A stretch of 64,000 nucleotides of DNA, from contig JAXMFO010000011.1 in assembly GCA_046347715.1 (NCBI GenBank), positions 56,364 through 120,363 on the forward strand, in the 5' to 3' direction. Position numbers and translations under genes: made by a program. Source of the stretch: Burkholderiales bacterium. Lineage in GTDB: Bacteria > Pseudomonadota > Gammaproteobacteria > Burkholderiales > Casimicrobiaceae. Positions 1 through 9,000 of this stretch are shown in pieces. Each line of letters begins with the position of its first letter. The stretch's first letter is position 1. Below the pieces are notes generated by a model. The model was not told the DNA's origin, ran no database searches, and saw only the letters and a list, made by a program, of their open reading frames with translations.

Positions 1-524
1 GTCTGCAGGGGATAGGCGCGCAGGAAGAAGGCCCGGCTGTAGCTCAGCTTGAACTGCGCCACCTGGACCTTGGTGCGCTCGCCACCCACCAGCGCCCAGT
101 CCTCGCTCCAGTCGAACTGGAACGCCTCGCCCGGAGCGAAGGCCAGCGGCACGAAGGTCCCGCGCCCGGCGGTCCGCGCCACCTCCTGCTGCGTCTGCCG
201 CCAGGAGCGGGCAAACGCCGCCACCCGGTCGTACGAGCCCGGGAAACCCAAGGCGGTCAGGTCGGCATACAGCCGGCGCAGGTTGCGCCGCTGCTTGCGT
301 CCCTTGCGCGCCTCCGCCACCAGCCAGGCGGTCAACTTCGCCGCAAACCCATCCAGCTTGCTGCGACTCTTGCGGCGCGGGTACTTCGGTTCCACCACCG
401 CGCTCGCCAGGTACTTCCGGACCGTATTGCGCGACAGCTGCGAGCGCCGCGCGATCTCCCGAATCGACACTCCGTCGCGCAGATGCCAGCGCCGGATCAC
501 ACTCAATATCGCCACGTCGATCAC
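1..524 (-). CDS. istA: IS21-family transposase IstA (N-terminal part; gene continues beyond window start)
   Basis: Reverse strand from GTG at 524, preceded by GGAGAAGGA, reads MIDVAILSVIRRWHLRDGVSIREIARRSQLSRNTVRKYL (HTH)...SYDRVAAFARSWR...FVPLAFAPGEAFQFDWSED...AQFKLSYSRAFFLRAYPLQT, typical of IstA. Not in the ORF track because there is no stop in the window. Confidence 0.93.
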   Translation of the reverse strand, partial: MIDVAILSVIRRWHLRDGVSIREIARRSQLSRNTVRKYLASAVVEPKYPRRKSRSKLDGFAAKLTAWLVAEARKGRKQRRNLRRLYADLTALGFPGSYDRVAAFARSWRQTQQEVARTAGRGTFVPLAFAPGEAFQFDWSEDWALVGGERTKVQVAQFKLSYSRAFFLRAYPLQ

Positions 525-565
525 TCCTTCTCCCGCTCGGCTCCCGAGCAGGCCAGTGTCTATAC

Positions 566-627
566 GTGGGTCAACTTTCGATGCAAATCACCCCAAGAAG
601 TGGGTCAGATTTCAGTGCAAATCAACA
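566..627 (-). repeat. Tandem IS21 terminal repeats (transposase-binding sites)
   Basis: gtgggtcaactttcgatgcaaatca (566-590) and gtgggtcagatttcagtgcaaatcaaca (600-627). Multiple terminal repeats are characteristic of IS21 ends. Confidence 0.85.
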
Positions 628-1064
628 AGGTTGCCAAGGACGCGGTTCGCGATCTCCATCGTATCTCTCCGCGAGGGAAACGACGATTCGTAAGCAATTG
701 TGGACCCGGCATGAGGTCAAACCCGGCGCGTTGGGATTGTACCTAGGCCCGCGTCGAAGGCAGCTTTTCGTTGCACTCGAGTGCACCTGGCGACGCCGGG
801 CCGAGGCAGGCGCAACTGCGCGCCATGTCCCGGCTACCGACGCGGTTTTCCCGGCGCTGCCGTTTCAGGCCGTTTGCGGACAATCAACTGGCGCGCGGAG
901 GAGACGCGACGCGGGCAAGATTGGACTGCCCGGCTTATCACACGCCTCGATCGGAAACTGACCATTGGCGGAGCGACTGTGGCCCGGAGTGGCCGCTCTC
1001 CGGCGGTTGACGGACTTGCATCGCGGGGATTGCCGATCGGCCACTCGGAGGGCTGCCGACAGGG

Positions 1065-1093
1065 TTGACAATCGGCCAGGCATTATGTAGTAA
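1065..1093 (+). promoter_or_regulatory. Candidate sigma70 promoter for the DUF6603 operon
   Basis: Perfect TTGACA at 1065-1070, 17-bp spacer, TAGTAA at 1088-1093 in an AT-richer patch about 90 bp upstream of the 1183 start. The -10 is imperfect. Confidence 0.4.
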
Positions 1094-1182
1094 ACAAGCC
1101 TCTCCAAACGCTGTCGTTTTCGAGGTCACTTCCCCCGCATCGTGCCGGCATTTGACATCCGCACCCGAGAGCCTCGCGTCCC

Positions 1183-3438
1183 GTGAATCCGAACGACATC
1201 GTCGGATTCGCCGAAAGCGTTGCAACGACGGTCACCGGCCAATCGCTCGCCACGCTGAACGCCGACCCGCAGTTCGGGCCGTTTCTCGGGGCGGCCCAGC
1301 AACTGCGCACTGCGGCCGCCGATCTGGAGGCCGCGCCGGACGCGGCGAAGAAGGCCGCGTGGGACGAGGCGACCGGCGCATGGCGTGCTGCCTGCGGCGC
1401 ACTATCGGCGCGGTTGCGCGAGTTCGTCTTCGGCGTGCTGCCGAAGATCCCGGGATTGGGTGACGATTTCGCATGGGACGCACCGCAGGGACTGCACGTC
1501 CAGGCCGACGTCGGCCCGGTGCATATCGACGTGGTCTCCGGCCCGCTCACCGTCCAGCCGCGCGGAGTGCCGGTGCCATTGACGCTCGGCCCGTTCCGGC
1601 CGACCGCTGCCTCGGCCTCGCTGGCGGGGCCATTTCCGGGCGGAGGCGCGCTGCGCGTCATGGACGACGGCGCGTCCGGCGTGCTGCACCTCGCGCTTGG
1701 CGTCGTCGACGTGTCCGCGCTTGCCTCGTTGCGCAAGCTGGCGGACGGCACTCCGTCCTTTCTCGCGATTGTCGGCGTCGCGTTCAACCCCGGCATCCAG
1801 CTCAGCTTCGGATTCTCGATCAACCGCGTCGGCGGAATCGTGGGCGTTCACCGGCGCGCGGACGCGAACGGGCTCGCGGCCGCGTTGCGGGCAGGGACGG
1901 CAGGCGACGTCTTGTTCTCCGCCGACCCGGCCGCCAACCTGACGCGGCTGCTCGAGGGTGTGGAACGCATGTTCCCGCCGGCCAAGGGCCATCATCTTGC
2001 GGGGCCGACGTTCGAGATCGGCTGGCTCAAGATCACACCGGACGAGAGCTTCATCGCCCTCGACGTCGGCGTCATCGTGGAGCTGCCGGGGCCCGCGCGA
2101 ATCGTCATCGTCGGCGTGGCGCGCGCTGGCATCCCGGGCCCGGTGCCGCTGCTCAAGCTGCGCCTCGACGTCCTCGGCGTCATCGACTTCCAGCAGCGCA
2201 CGATCGCGTTCGACGCGAGCCTGGTCGACAGCCGTGCCCTCGGTGTGTTCACGATCGCCGGCGACGCGGCATTCCGGCTGGCGTACGGCGCGACGCCGTA
2301 TACCGTGCTCACGCTCGGCGGCTTCTACCCGGGGTTCAATCCCGAGCCTGCGCAGCTGCCTGCACTGCGTCGTGTCGGCCTGGCACTCGACGTCCCGGTG
2401 CCCGGCATCGATTTCCGCGCCGACGGCTACTTCGCGGTCACGTCGAACACGCTACACCTCGGGGGGCACTTCGAATGCAGCATCGGCGAGGGCATGTCCG
2501 CGTCGGGGTTCCTCACCGTGGACGCGCTCATCCAGTTTCGCCCGTTCCACTTCCACGCGGACTGCTCGGCCGGCTTCGATGTGCGTGCGCTGGGCCGCAC
2601 GTTCGCCGGAGTGCGGCTCGACGGTTCGATTGACGGTCCGGGCCCCATCGTCGTCAGCGGCCGGCTCACGATCGAGGTTTTCCTCTTCGACTTCTCGTGG
2701 CACGAGACCTTCCGTATCGGCAGCGATGGCGGGGAGACGAGCTCCCCTCCCATCGACCTGCTGGCCGAACTCGTGCCCGAGCTTTCCCGGCCGGAGAACG
2801 TGCAGTCCGGCGACACGGGCGATCCGTCGGTCACCATCGTCGCGCGGGCGCGCCACGGCCAGAAGGCGCTGGTGTCGCCGCTCGGCACCGCGCGGTGGCA
2901 GCAGCGGCGCGCGCCGCTCAATCTCGTCATCGAGCGGCTCGAAGGCAAGCCGCTTGGGGCCGCGCAAGGCGTCGCCGTCAGCGTGCCGGGGGCGTTCGCG
3001 ACCGTCCCCGGTCTGTTCAGCCCCGGCTCGTACCATACGCTGACCAGCTCGGAGGCGCTGAACCGCCCCGCATTCGACCTGCTCGATGCCGGCGTCGCGT
3101 TGAGCGTGGCGGGGCAGAAGAGCGGACCCGGGAAGACGATCGCCGCCGACGTCGCGATGATCCGGCGCGTCCACGGGCAGCCGGCGGACGACTGCAGGAA
3201 GCACCCTTCGTTTGCCTTTGCGGCGCATGTGCTGGGCATGCTGGCGGCACGCGACGCGACGCCGGTCGCGACGAGCGACGGAGCCCGGGTGACCGTGACG
3301 CACGAAACGTGGCGAACCGCGGACGGCGGCGCTTTCGACAGCGCCACCGCGGCCCACCAGCATGTCCGCCACGGCGGCGGCGGCATTGCGCTGGCCGACG
3401 CGGATTTCGCGCGTCCCATGAGCATGGCAGGGCTCTAG
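1183..3438 (+). CDS. DUF6603-like domain protein (751 aa), beta-rich
   Basis: Motifs FNPGIQLSFGFSINRVGGIVGVHR, LRLDVLGVIDF, FDASLVDSR, GDAAFR, GGFYPGF, GYFAVTSNTLHLGG, DALIQFRPFHF match my recollection of DUF6603. GTG start is uncertain. Confidence 0.75.
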   Translation: MNPNDIVGFAESVATTVTGQSLATLNADPQFGPFLGAAQQLRTAAADLEAAPDAAKKAAWDEATGAWRAACGALSARLREFVFGVLPKIPGLGDDFAWDAPQGLHVQADVGPVHIDVVSGPLTVQPRGVPVPLTLGPFRPTAASASLAGPFPGGGALRVMDDGASGVLHLALGVVDVSALASLRKLADGTPSFLAIVGVAFNPGIQLSFGFSINRVGGIVGVHRRADANGLAAALRAGTAGDVLFSADPAANLTRLLEGVERMFPPAKGHHLAGPTFEIGWLKITPDESFIALDVGVIVELPGPARIVIVGVARAGIPGPVPLLKLRLDVLGVIDFQQRTIAFDASLVDSRALGVFTIAGDAAFRLAYGATPYTVLTLGGFYPGFNPEPAQLPALRRVGLALDVPVPGIDFRADGYFAVTSNTLHLGGHFECSIGEGMSASGFLTVDALIQFRPFHFHADCSAGFDVRALGRTFAGVRLDGSIDGPGPIVVSGRLTIEVFLFDFSWHETFRIGSDGGETSSPPIDLLAELVPELSRPENVQSGDTGDPSVTIVARARHGQKALVSPLGTARWQQRRAPLNLVIERLEGKPLGAAQGVAVSVPGAFATVPGLFSPGSYHTLTSSEALNRPAFDLLDAGVALSVAGQKSGPGKTIAADVAMIRRVHGQPADDCRKHPSFAFAAHVLGMLAARDATPVATSDGARVTVTHETWRTADGGAFDSATAAHQHVRHGGGGIALADADFARPMSMAGL

Positions 3439-6093
3439 ATGGCCGAGACCTTCGAAGCCTATCGGCGATCGGCCTTCTTCGACCTCGCGAGCGGCGCGAC
3501 CGTCGGCGGGCGGCTTCAGGCCACGCTGCCGGTGACGCTTGCCGACGTCGACAACCCGGCGCGGACCAGCCCGCCGGGCGGCGCGCCGTTCGAGCTCCTG
3601 GGACCGGGTGACGTGCGCGGCCTGATGCCCGCCGCCATCACGAAGCGGGTGCCTGCCCCCGGCACGGGCGACGCCGTGGAGACCAAGGCGGCGCACGTCG
3701 AGTTCGCTGCGCTCGACCTGCCTTGGCGCTACACGCCCGAGCTCGCCGGCGATGACGGCGCGCTGCGTCCCTGGCTGGTACTCGTGACCGGCGTGGCGGG
3801 AGACGAGGTCGTGCTGCGCGCCGACGGTACGGTGCAGCTCGCCAAGGCGGTGCTCGCCGCGCACGACCTCGCGAAGTCGTATCAGTGGGCGCATGTCCAC
3901 GACGTCGCGGGGGGCGCCGTGGCGCGGCTCCTGAGTCCACGCGACTGTCTTGCCGACACGTCCTACATTGCCGCCCTGGTGCCGGCCTTCACGGTGACGG
4001 GCGACGGGGAGGACGCGGTACTGGCCGACGCGTGGGGGGCGGGCGCCCAAGGCGTCACGCTGCCGTGTTACGACGCGTGGTCCTTTCGCACCGGGCCCGA
4101 GGGCGACTTCGCGCAGATTGCCGCCCGGCTCGCGCCGGTCTCCGCCGCGGAGATCGGGCCGACGTTCGGCGTGGCCAATGTGCGCTGCGACTGGCGGGAT
4201 CCGGCGCACGCCGGTCGCGCGCCGCTGGCCGTGCCGATGGGCGCGGCGCTGGAGCGCACCGACGGCAGCGCCAACGCGCTCCCGCTCGACGCGGACCTCG
4301 CGCAGGAGACGCTCGCCCTTACCGTCGGTGCCCGCACGTTCCAGGGTCGCTGGGTGCTGACCGCCCCGCAGTATGAGGCTCCGTGGACGGCGGCCGCCGC
4401 GCTTGCGACGCCCACGGGGTGGCGGCTCGAGCTGCGCAACGACGTTCGCCGGCGCGGTGCGGCGGGTCTCGGCGCGTGGGCAGGCATCGAGTGGCAGCAG
4501 AAGATCGCCGACGCGGCCGCGGCCCAGGCGGGTGCCGTCGCCGCGGCGGCCCAGCGCATCCGCTATCTGACGCTCGGCCTTGCAGCGACGCGTTCCCTCT
4601 GGCGGCGGCGACTGCCGCCCGATCCGGTCGCCCGCCTGGCGCTGTTCGCGCCGCTTCTGGGCCGCTTGCCGGTCGCGAGTGGTGGCACGGTCCTCGACCA
4701 CGTTGACGGCCGGACACCCGCCTTCGCGCGCGCGCTCTTCTCGAGCGCGCTGCGCCGCATCGCGCGCAACGGAACGGCACGCGCGGCGCTCGCCGCGCCT
4801 GGCGCGGTGAGCGTATCCGCGCTGCTGATCGCGGCGAACCGCTGTCCGCCGCCGCAGCCGCGCGACTCGTTGCTCGAGCGCATCGTCAAAGGGGACGGGC
4901 GCGCGGAGGACCGCGCCCGCGCGTGGCGCGAGGTGCTCGCCGATGCGGAGCGGCGGGCCGGCGGCGCCGACGACTGGCGAGCGCTGCTTCCGTCGTGGCT
5001 GTTGGAAGGCCGCGCCTTCCCGGCGCCGGCAGTCTTCCTCGCGCTGCTGCGTGCGCTCGATCCCGGTGGCGGCCGCCCGCCCGATGTGGGCGCGCTGCGC
5101 GCGATCGCGCCGTCGCTCGCGCCCTCCGACGCGCCGGGCGATGCAGCCCTCGATGGACTCATTTCGCAACTCGTGGGTCGCACTGTGCGCGAGCGGCCGG
5201 AACCTCCTTGCGCCCCCCTCGACCTGGCCGGCCTCGCCGCGCGCGTGAGCGCCGCGGTTGATCCCACCGTCGAGCGGCCCATCGCGGTCGAGCGTGTGCT
5301 CGGCACGATCGGCGGCCTGCGCGAACCGCTCCTTGCGCCGCCTGACGTCGCGCCGGAGCTCGATCTGCCGCTGTGGAAGTTCGTGGCCGACTGGGTGCCG
5401 GACTGGTTGCTGCCCGGCGTCGGCATGCTGCCCACCGACCGTGTCGTCGCGGTGCAGACGAATCCAGTCTTCGTGGAGGCATTCCTCGTCGGCGCGAACC
5501 ACCAGACGTTGGCGGAGTTGCGCTGGCGCAACGTGCCGATCATGGCGGGCTGGTCGCCGCTGCGCCGGTTCTGGCAGCGGCCGGTGCTTCCGCCCGCGCC
5601 CACGGTCGACATCACGCCGGTATCGACGTGGCCGGCGGCGACGGCCCTGGGCGACGTGGCGCACCGCGCCGACCCCGCGGCCGGCACGCAGCTGGTGGTC
5701 GTGCTGCGCACGGAACTATTCCGGCGCTATCCCGCGACCGCCGTCTACCTCGTGAGTGCGCTCGGCGCAGGTGGCACGGTGGACTGGTCGAAGGTGCCGG
5801 CCCCGGGCGATCCGGGCTGGGTGCCGATCGACCCCGTACTGTCCGGCACGATCGGGTCGGACGTGGTCTTCTTCGGCTTTCCCGTGCCGGCGTCCGCCGC
5901 TGCGGACCACTGGCTGGTACTCGAGGAGCCGCCGCCGGGCTACCGGTTCTACACGGAAGCGCCGCCCGTTTCAAACTGCGAGGCGCGCACGTTCGACGCG
6001 GCGGCAGCCGCGAAGAACGGCGCCGAATTCGCCGCCGCCCGCTTCGCCACGCCGGTGCGAGTGTTCCTGGGCGCACTGCTCGGGCAGGCATGA
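3439..6093 (+). CDS. Conserved hypothetical protein (884 aa)
   Basis: ATG abuts the upstream TAG. Ordered blocks LGPGDV, DLPWRYTP, LRPWLVLV, RLLSPR, WSFRTG..GDF, TNPVFVEAFLVGANH, ELFRRYP, VFFGF. Confidence 0.8.
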   Translation: MAETFEAYRRSAFFDLASGATVGGRLQATLPVTLADVDNPARTSPPGGAPFELLGPGDVRGLMPAAITKRVPAPGTGDAVETKAAHVEFAALDLPWRYTPELAGDDGALRPWLVLVTGVAGDEVVLRADGTVQLAKAVLAAHDLAKSYQWAHVHDVAGGAVARLLSPRDCLADTSYIAALVPAFTVTGDGEDAVLADAWGAGAQGVTLPCYDAWSFRTGPEGDFAQIAARLAPVSAAEIGPTFGVANVRCDWRDPAHAGRAPLAVPMGAALERTDGSANALPLDADLAQETLALTVGARTFQGRWVLTAPQYEAPWTAAAALATPTGWRLELRNDVRRRGAAGLGAWAGIEWQQKIADAAAAQAGAVAAAAQRIRYLTLGLAATRSLWRRRLPPDPVARLALFAPLLGRLPVASGGTVLDHVDGRTPAFARALFSSALRRIARNGTARAALAAPGAVSVSALLIAANRCPPPQPRDSLLERIVKGDGRAEDRARAWREVLADAERRAGGADDWRALLPSWLLEGRAFPAPAVFLALLRALDPGGGRPPDVGALRAIAPSLAPSDAPGDAALDGLISQLVGRTVRERPEPPCAPLDLAGLAARVSAAVDPTVERPIAVERVLGTIGGLREPLLAPPDVAPELDLPLWKFVADWVPDWLLPGVGMLPTDRVVAVQTNPVFVEAFLVGANHQTLAELRWRNVPIMAGWSPLRRFWQRPVLPPAPTVDITPVSTWPAATALGDVAHRADPAAGTQLVVVLRTELFRRYPATAVYLVSALGAGGTVDWSKVPAPGDPGWVPIDPVLSGTIGSDVVFFGFPVPASAAADHWLVLEEPPPGYRFYTEAPPVSNCEARTFDAAAAAKNGAEFAAARFATPVRVFLGALLGQA

Positions 6094-9000
6094 CCATGGC
6101 AGCGCGACACGACGACCTCGACCGCTATCGCAAGGCCTTTGCGGCCGCGCGGGCGCAGCTGGCCGCCGCCACCGCGGCACTCGATGCGCTGCCTGCCTAC
6201 GTACGGCAGGCGCCGGCGGGCACCGGGCAAGCGCGCGATCCCCGGCTTGCGCAGCGGATCGCCGAGGCCGAGTCGCTGCGCCGCGACGCACAGCGCCATC
6301 GCGCCGCGCTCGCCGGGCTCCAGCGCGACCTCGACGAGCGCGACCGCTTCGCGCAGCCGGCGGAGGCGCAGCGCGCGGACGTCGCGGCGCGGGCCTGGCT
6401 CGACCGCGTCCGCACCGCGACCCAGCTCCTGAACGAACTCGCGCCGGACCCGCGCCGGGCGTACGAGGGGTCGCCCATGTCGGTGCCCACTGCCGCGGCG
6501 CTCCTCGCGGCTCGCGACGCGTTGGGGACTCCCACGGCCGACCTGGCGGCGGTGGTGGCCAAGGCGGGCGCGCAGGCCGCGGACCTGGCCGATCTCGCGA
6601 GCACCGGCCGCCTGCGTTGCGATGCCGTCGGCACCGAGGTCGCAGTGGGAGTCATGCTGCCGCTGCGCATCGAGACGCGCTTCCGTGCACCGGACGACAC
6701 GCGTCCTGAGTGGCAGCTGCGCGTGCGGGTGTTCCCGGAGAGTGCTTCGCTCGATCGCAGCGGCGGCCCGGTTCGCCCCAGCGAAGCGGACGCGCTGCGC
6801 CGCTTCTGGCGGGAGATCGACGGCGACCTCGCGCACCCCAACTCCGCCTCGGCGTTTCACATCCTTGCCGATGCCGTCGGGCCACCGCGAGGGGCGTGGC
6901 TGGTGCGCGCGGTGCCGGTACGGCGCAGTGAAGTCGACGGCCCGATCGACATCGACCCGGTGGTGGTCGGCGCGCAGGACCTGCGCAGCTTCCAGCAGGC
7001 CGTGGGTCTGCCGGACCGGCTCGAGGTGTGGGCCGTGCGCGGGGGCCGCGCGCCGGCGCGCATCGCGACCATGGCGCAGTTGGACCGCGCCGCGCTCGGG
7101 CAGCAGGCCGACCTGCACCGCCAATTCGTCGTGGACGACGTGGCCGCCGACGACGTGACGCTGCCCGAGACGTGGTGGCTCTCCTACGAGGAGGCGAAGC
7201 GCATCGGACTGGCGGTCGACATCGACGTCGGCGTCGTTCCGCCCGCGGACATCGACGTGCTGTACGTCGTCGGCATGGGAGGGGAGGGTGCCGCACCGCT
7301 CTTCGAATCGCACGCTGCCGCGGGATCCCTCGCCGTCCTCGCGCCGGGCACGCCCACCAACACGGTCGAAGGCGAGCCGGCCGCCGACCTCGGCCGGGAC
7401 CCGGCGCGCTGGCTCGCGAATGCGCGGCGTACCGGGCTCGACCAGCCAAGTGGCGAACTCGTCGCGCGCGCGCTGACGGGAGGCCGCGCCCGGCTGGGCG
7501 CGCTCGACGGCGGCGACCTCGACCTCGCCGGGCCCGCCACGGCCGTCGTGGCGGCGCTGTGGCCCGCGCTCTGGAACCGCGACACGAAGGACTTCTGGGG
7601 CGGCGGACGCGCGGCCTGGGAGGTCGGCCGCTGGGCGGCACGCTTCCTTGCACCCGAGGGGCCGTATCCGGCGATCCGCATCGGCGAGCAACCGTACGGA
7701 CTCCTGCCGGCGACGTCGCTCGCGCGCTTTGTCGCGCACGCGAGCGATCCGCCGGCGGAGCGCGTGGTGCGCAAGTGGGCGGAAGCCGCGCGGGCGATCG
7801 CCGCCGAGGCGGCAACGCAGGACGGCAACGTGGTCGGGGCCACGGCGGAGCGCTTCCTCGACCTGCTGGCGCACGTTCCGGTTTCGCCGCGCCCCGGCTG
7901 GCGCTATCGCCTTCCGTTGGAACTCGAGCGGCTGCTGCTTCTGCTCGCGGGCGTGCCGGCAACGATGTCGGCGCTCGAGCACGACTGGGACAAGCGCGCG
8001 CAGGCGCTGCTGGCCGCGGGACTGCGCCCGAGCGAGCGGCTGACGCCCCACGGTCCGGTTTACCCATGGAACGAGCGGCTCACCGGCGGTGACCCGCGCA
8101 AGGCGATCGACGAACTCCTGCGCGCGCCTGCCGAGACGCTCGCCTACACCCCCGACGTGCGCTGGCGCGTGCAGCCGCTGCCGCTCCTTGCGCGCCTGCT
8201 GCGGCACGCGCTGATCCTCACCAACGCCGAACTCAACCGCGTCGGCGAGGCGATCACCAACGGCACGCTGGCAGCGCTGGACGCGCGCCTCGCGCTGCCC
8301 GACGATGACGCCTATCGCCTTGCACAGCTGGCCGGCCACGACATCGGTGCCGCGGGGCAGAAGACCATCGAAGGGAGCGGCGACCCGCTCGCTCTGGCGG
8401 TGCAGGATGCCTGGTACGCGACTCGCGACGCCGGCGCTGCGCTGCTCGGCCACGAGCCCGCGCGGCTCGACGCGGTTCTGCGCGCGACGCTTGACACGGC
8501 AAGCCATCGCGTCGATCCGTGGGTCACCGGCGTGGCCGAGCGCCGCCTGCGCTGGCTGGCGGCGCGCGGCGCCAAGTTCCGACTCGGCGCGTACGGCTGG
8601 GTCGACGCGCCGCGACCCTACACGGGTGCGCCGGACGCCGCTTCGCCGTTGCGCCCCGGCCCGACCGACGCAGGGCTGCTGCACGCGCCGTCGACGCGAC
8701 AGGCGCTGGCGGCCGCTCTGCTGCGCGATCGCGCCGTGCGCGACCCGGCGGACTCCACCTTCGATCTCACCCTCGACTCGGCGTCGATACGCGCGGCGCT
8801 GCGCGTCGCCGATTGGGTGCGCTCCGGCGTGCATCTTGGCGAGGCGCTCGGGCTCGAGGTGGAGCGCATCGCGGGTGATCCCGCGACGGTCCTCGCGTTG
8901 CGCCAGGCCTTCCCGATGCGGCCCGAGCACGGCGGCCGCCGGGTGTGCGACGGCCAGGCGGTGCTCGCCGATGCTGTATCCGGCGCGCCGTCCGCGATCG

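Larger units (their letters stand above)
1..627 (-). mobile_element. IS21-family insertion sequence, left end
   Basis: istA plus a terminus reading TGTTGATTTGCAC... on the minus strand (5'-TG end at 627). Confidence 0.88.

Noticed and set aside
49-693. 214-aa plus-strand ORF
   Set aside because: Antisense shadow of istA that runs through the IS terminal repeats.
5373-6089. N-terminal extension of the 1685-aa ORF (likewise 9694, 10890, 28493, 42203 and 48449 starts)
   Set aside because: These overlap real upstream genes; coupled starts at 6090, 10435, 11994, 31478, 44267 and 49238 fit better.
2452-8930. Very long minus-strand ORFs (1070 aa, 993 aa) opposite the DUF6603 operon
   Set aside because: Arg/Ala/Gly-rich with no motifs; expected shadow frames in high-GC coding DNA.
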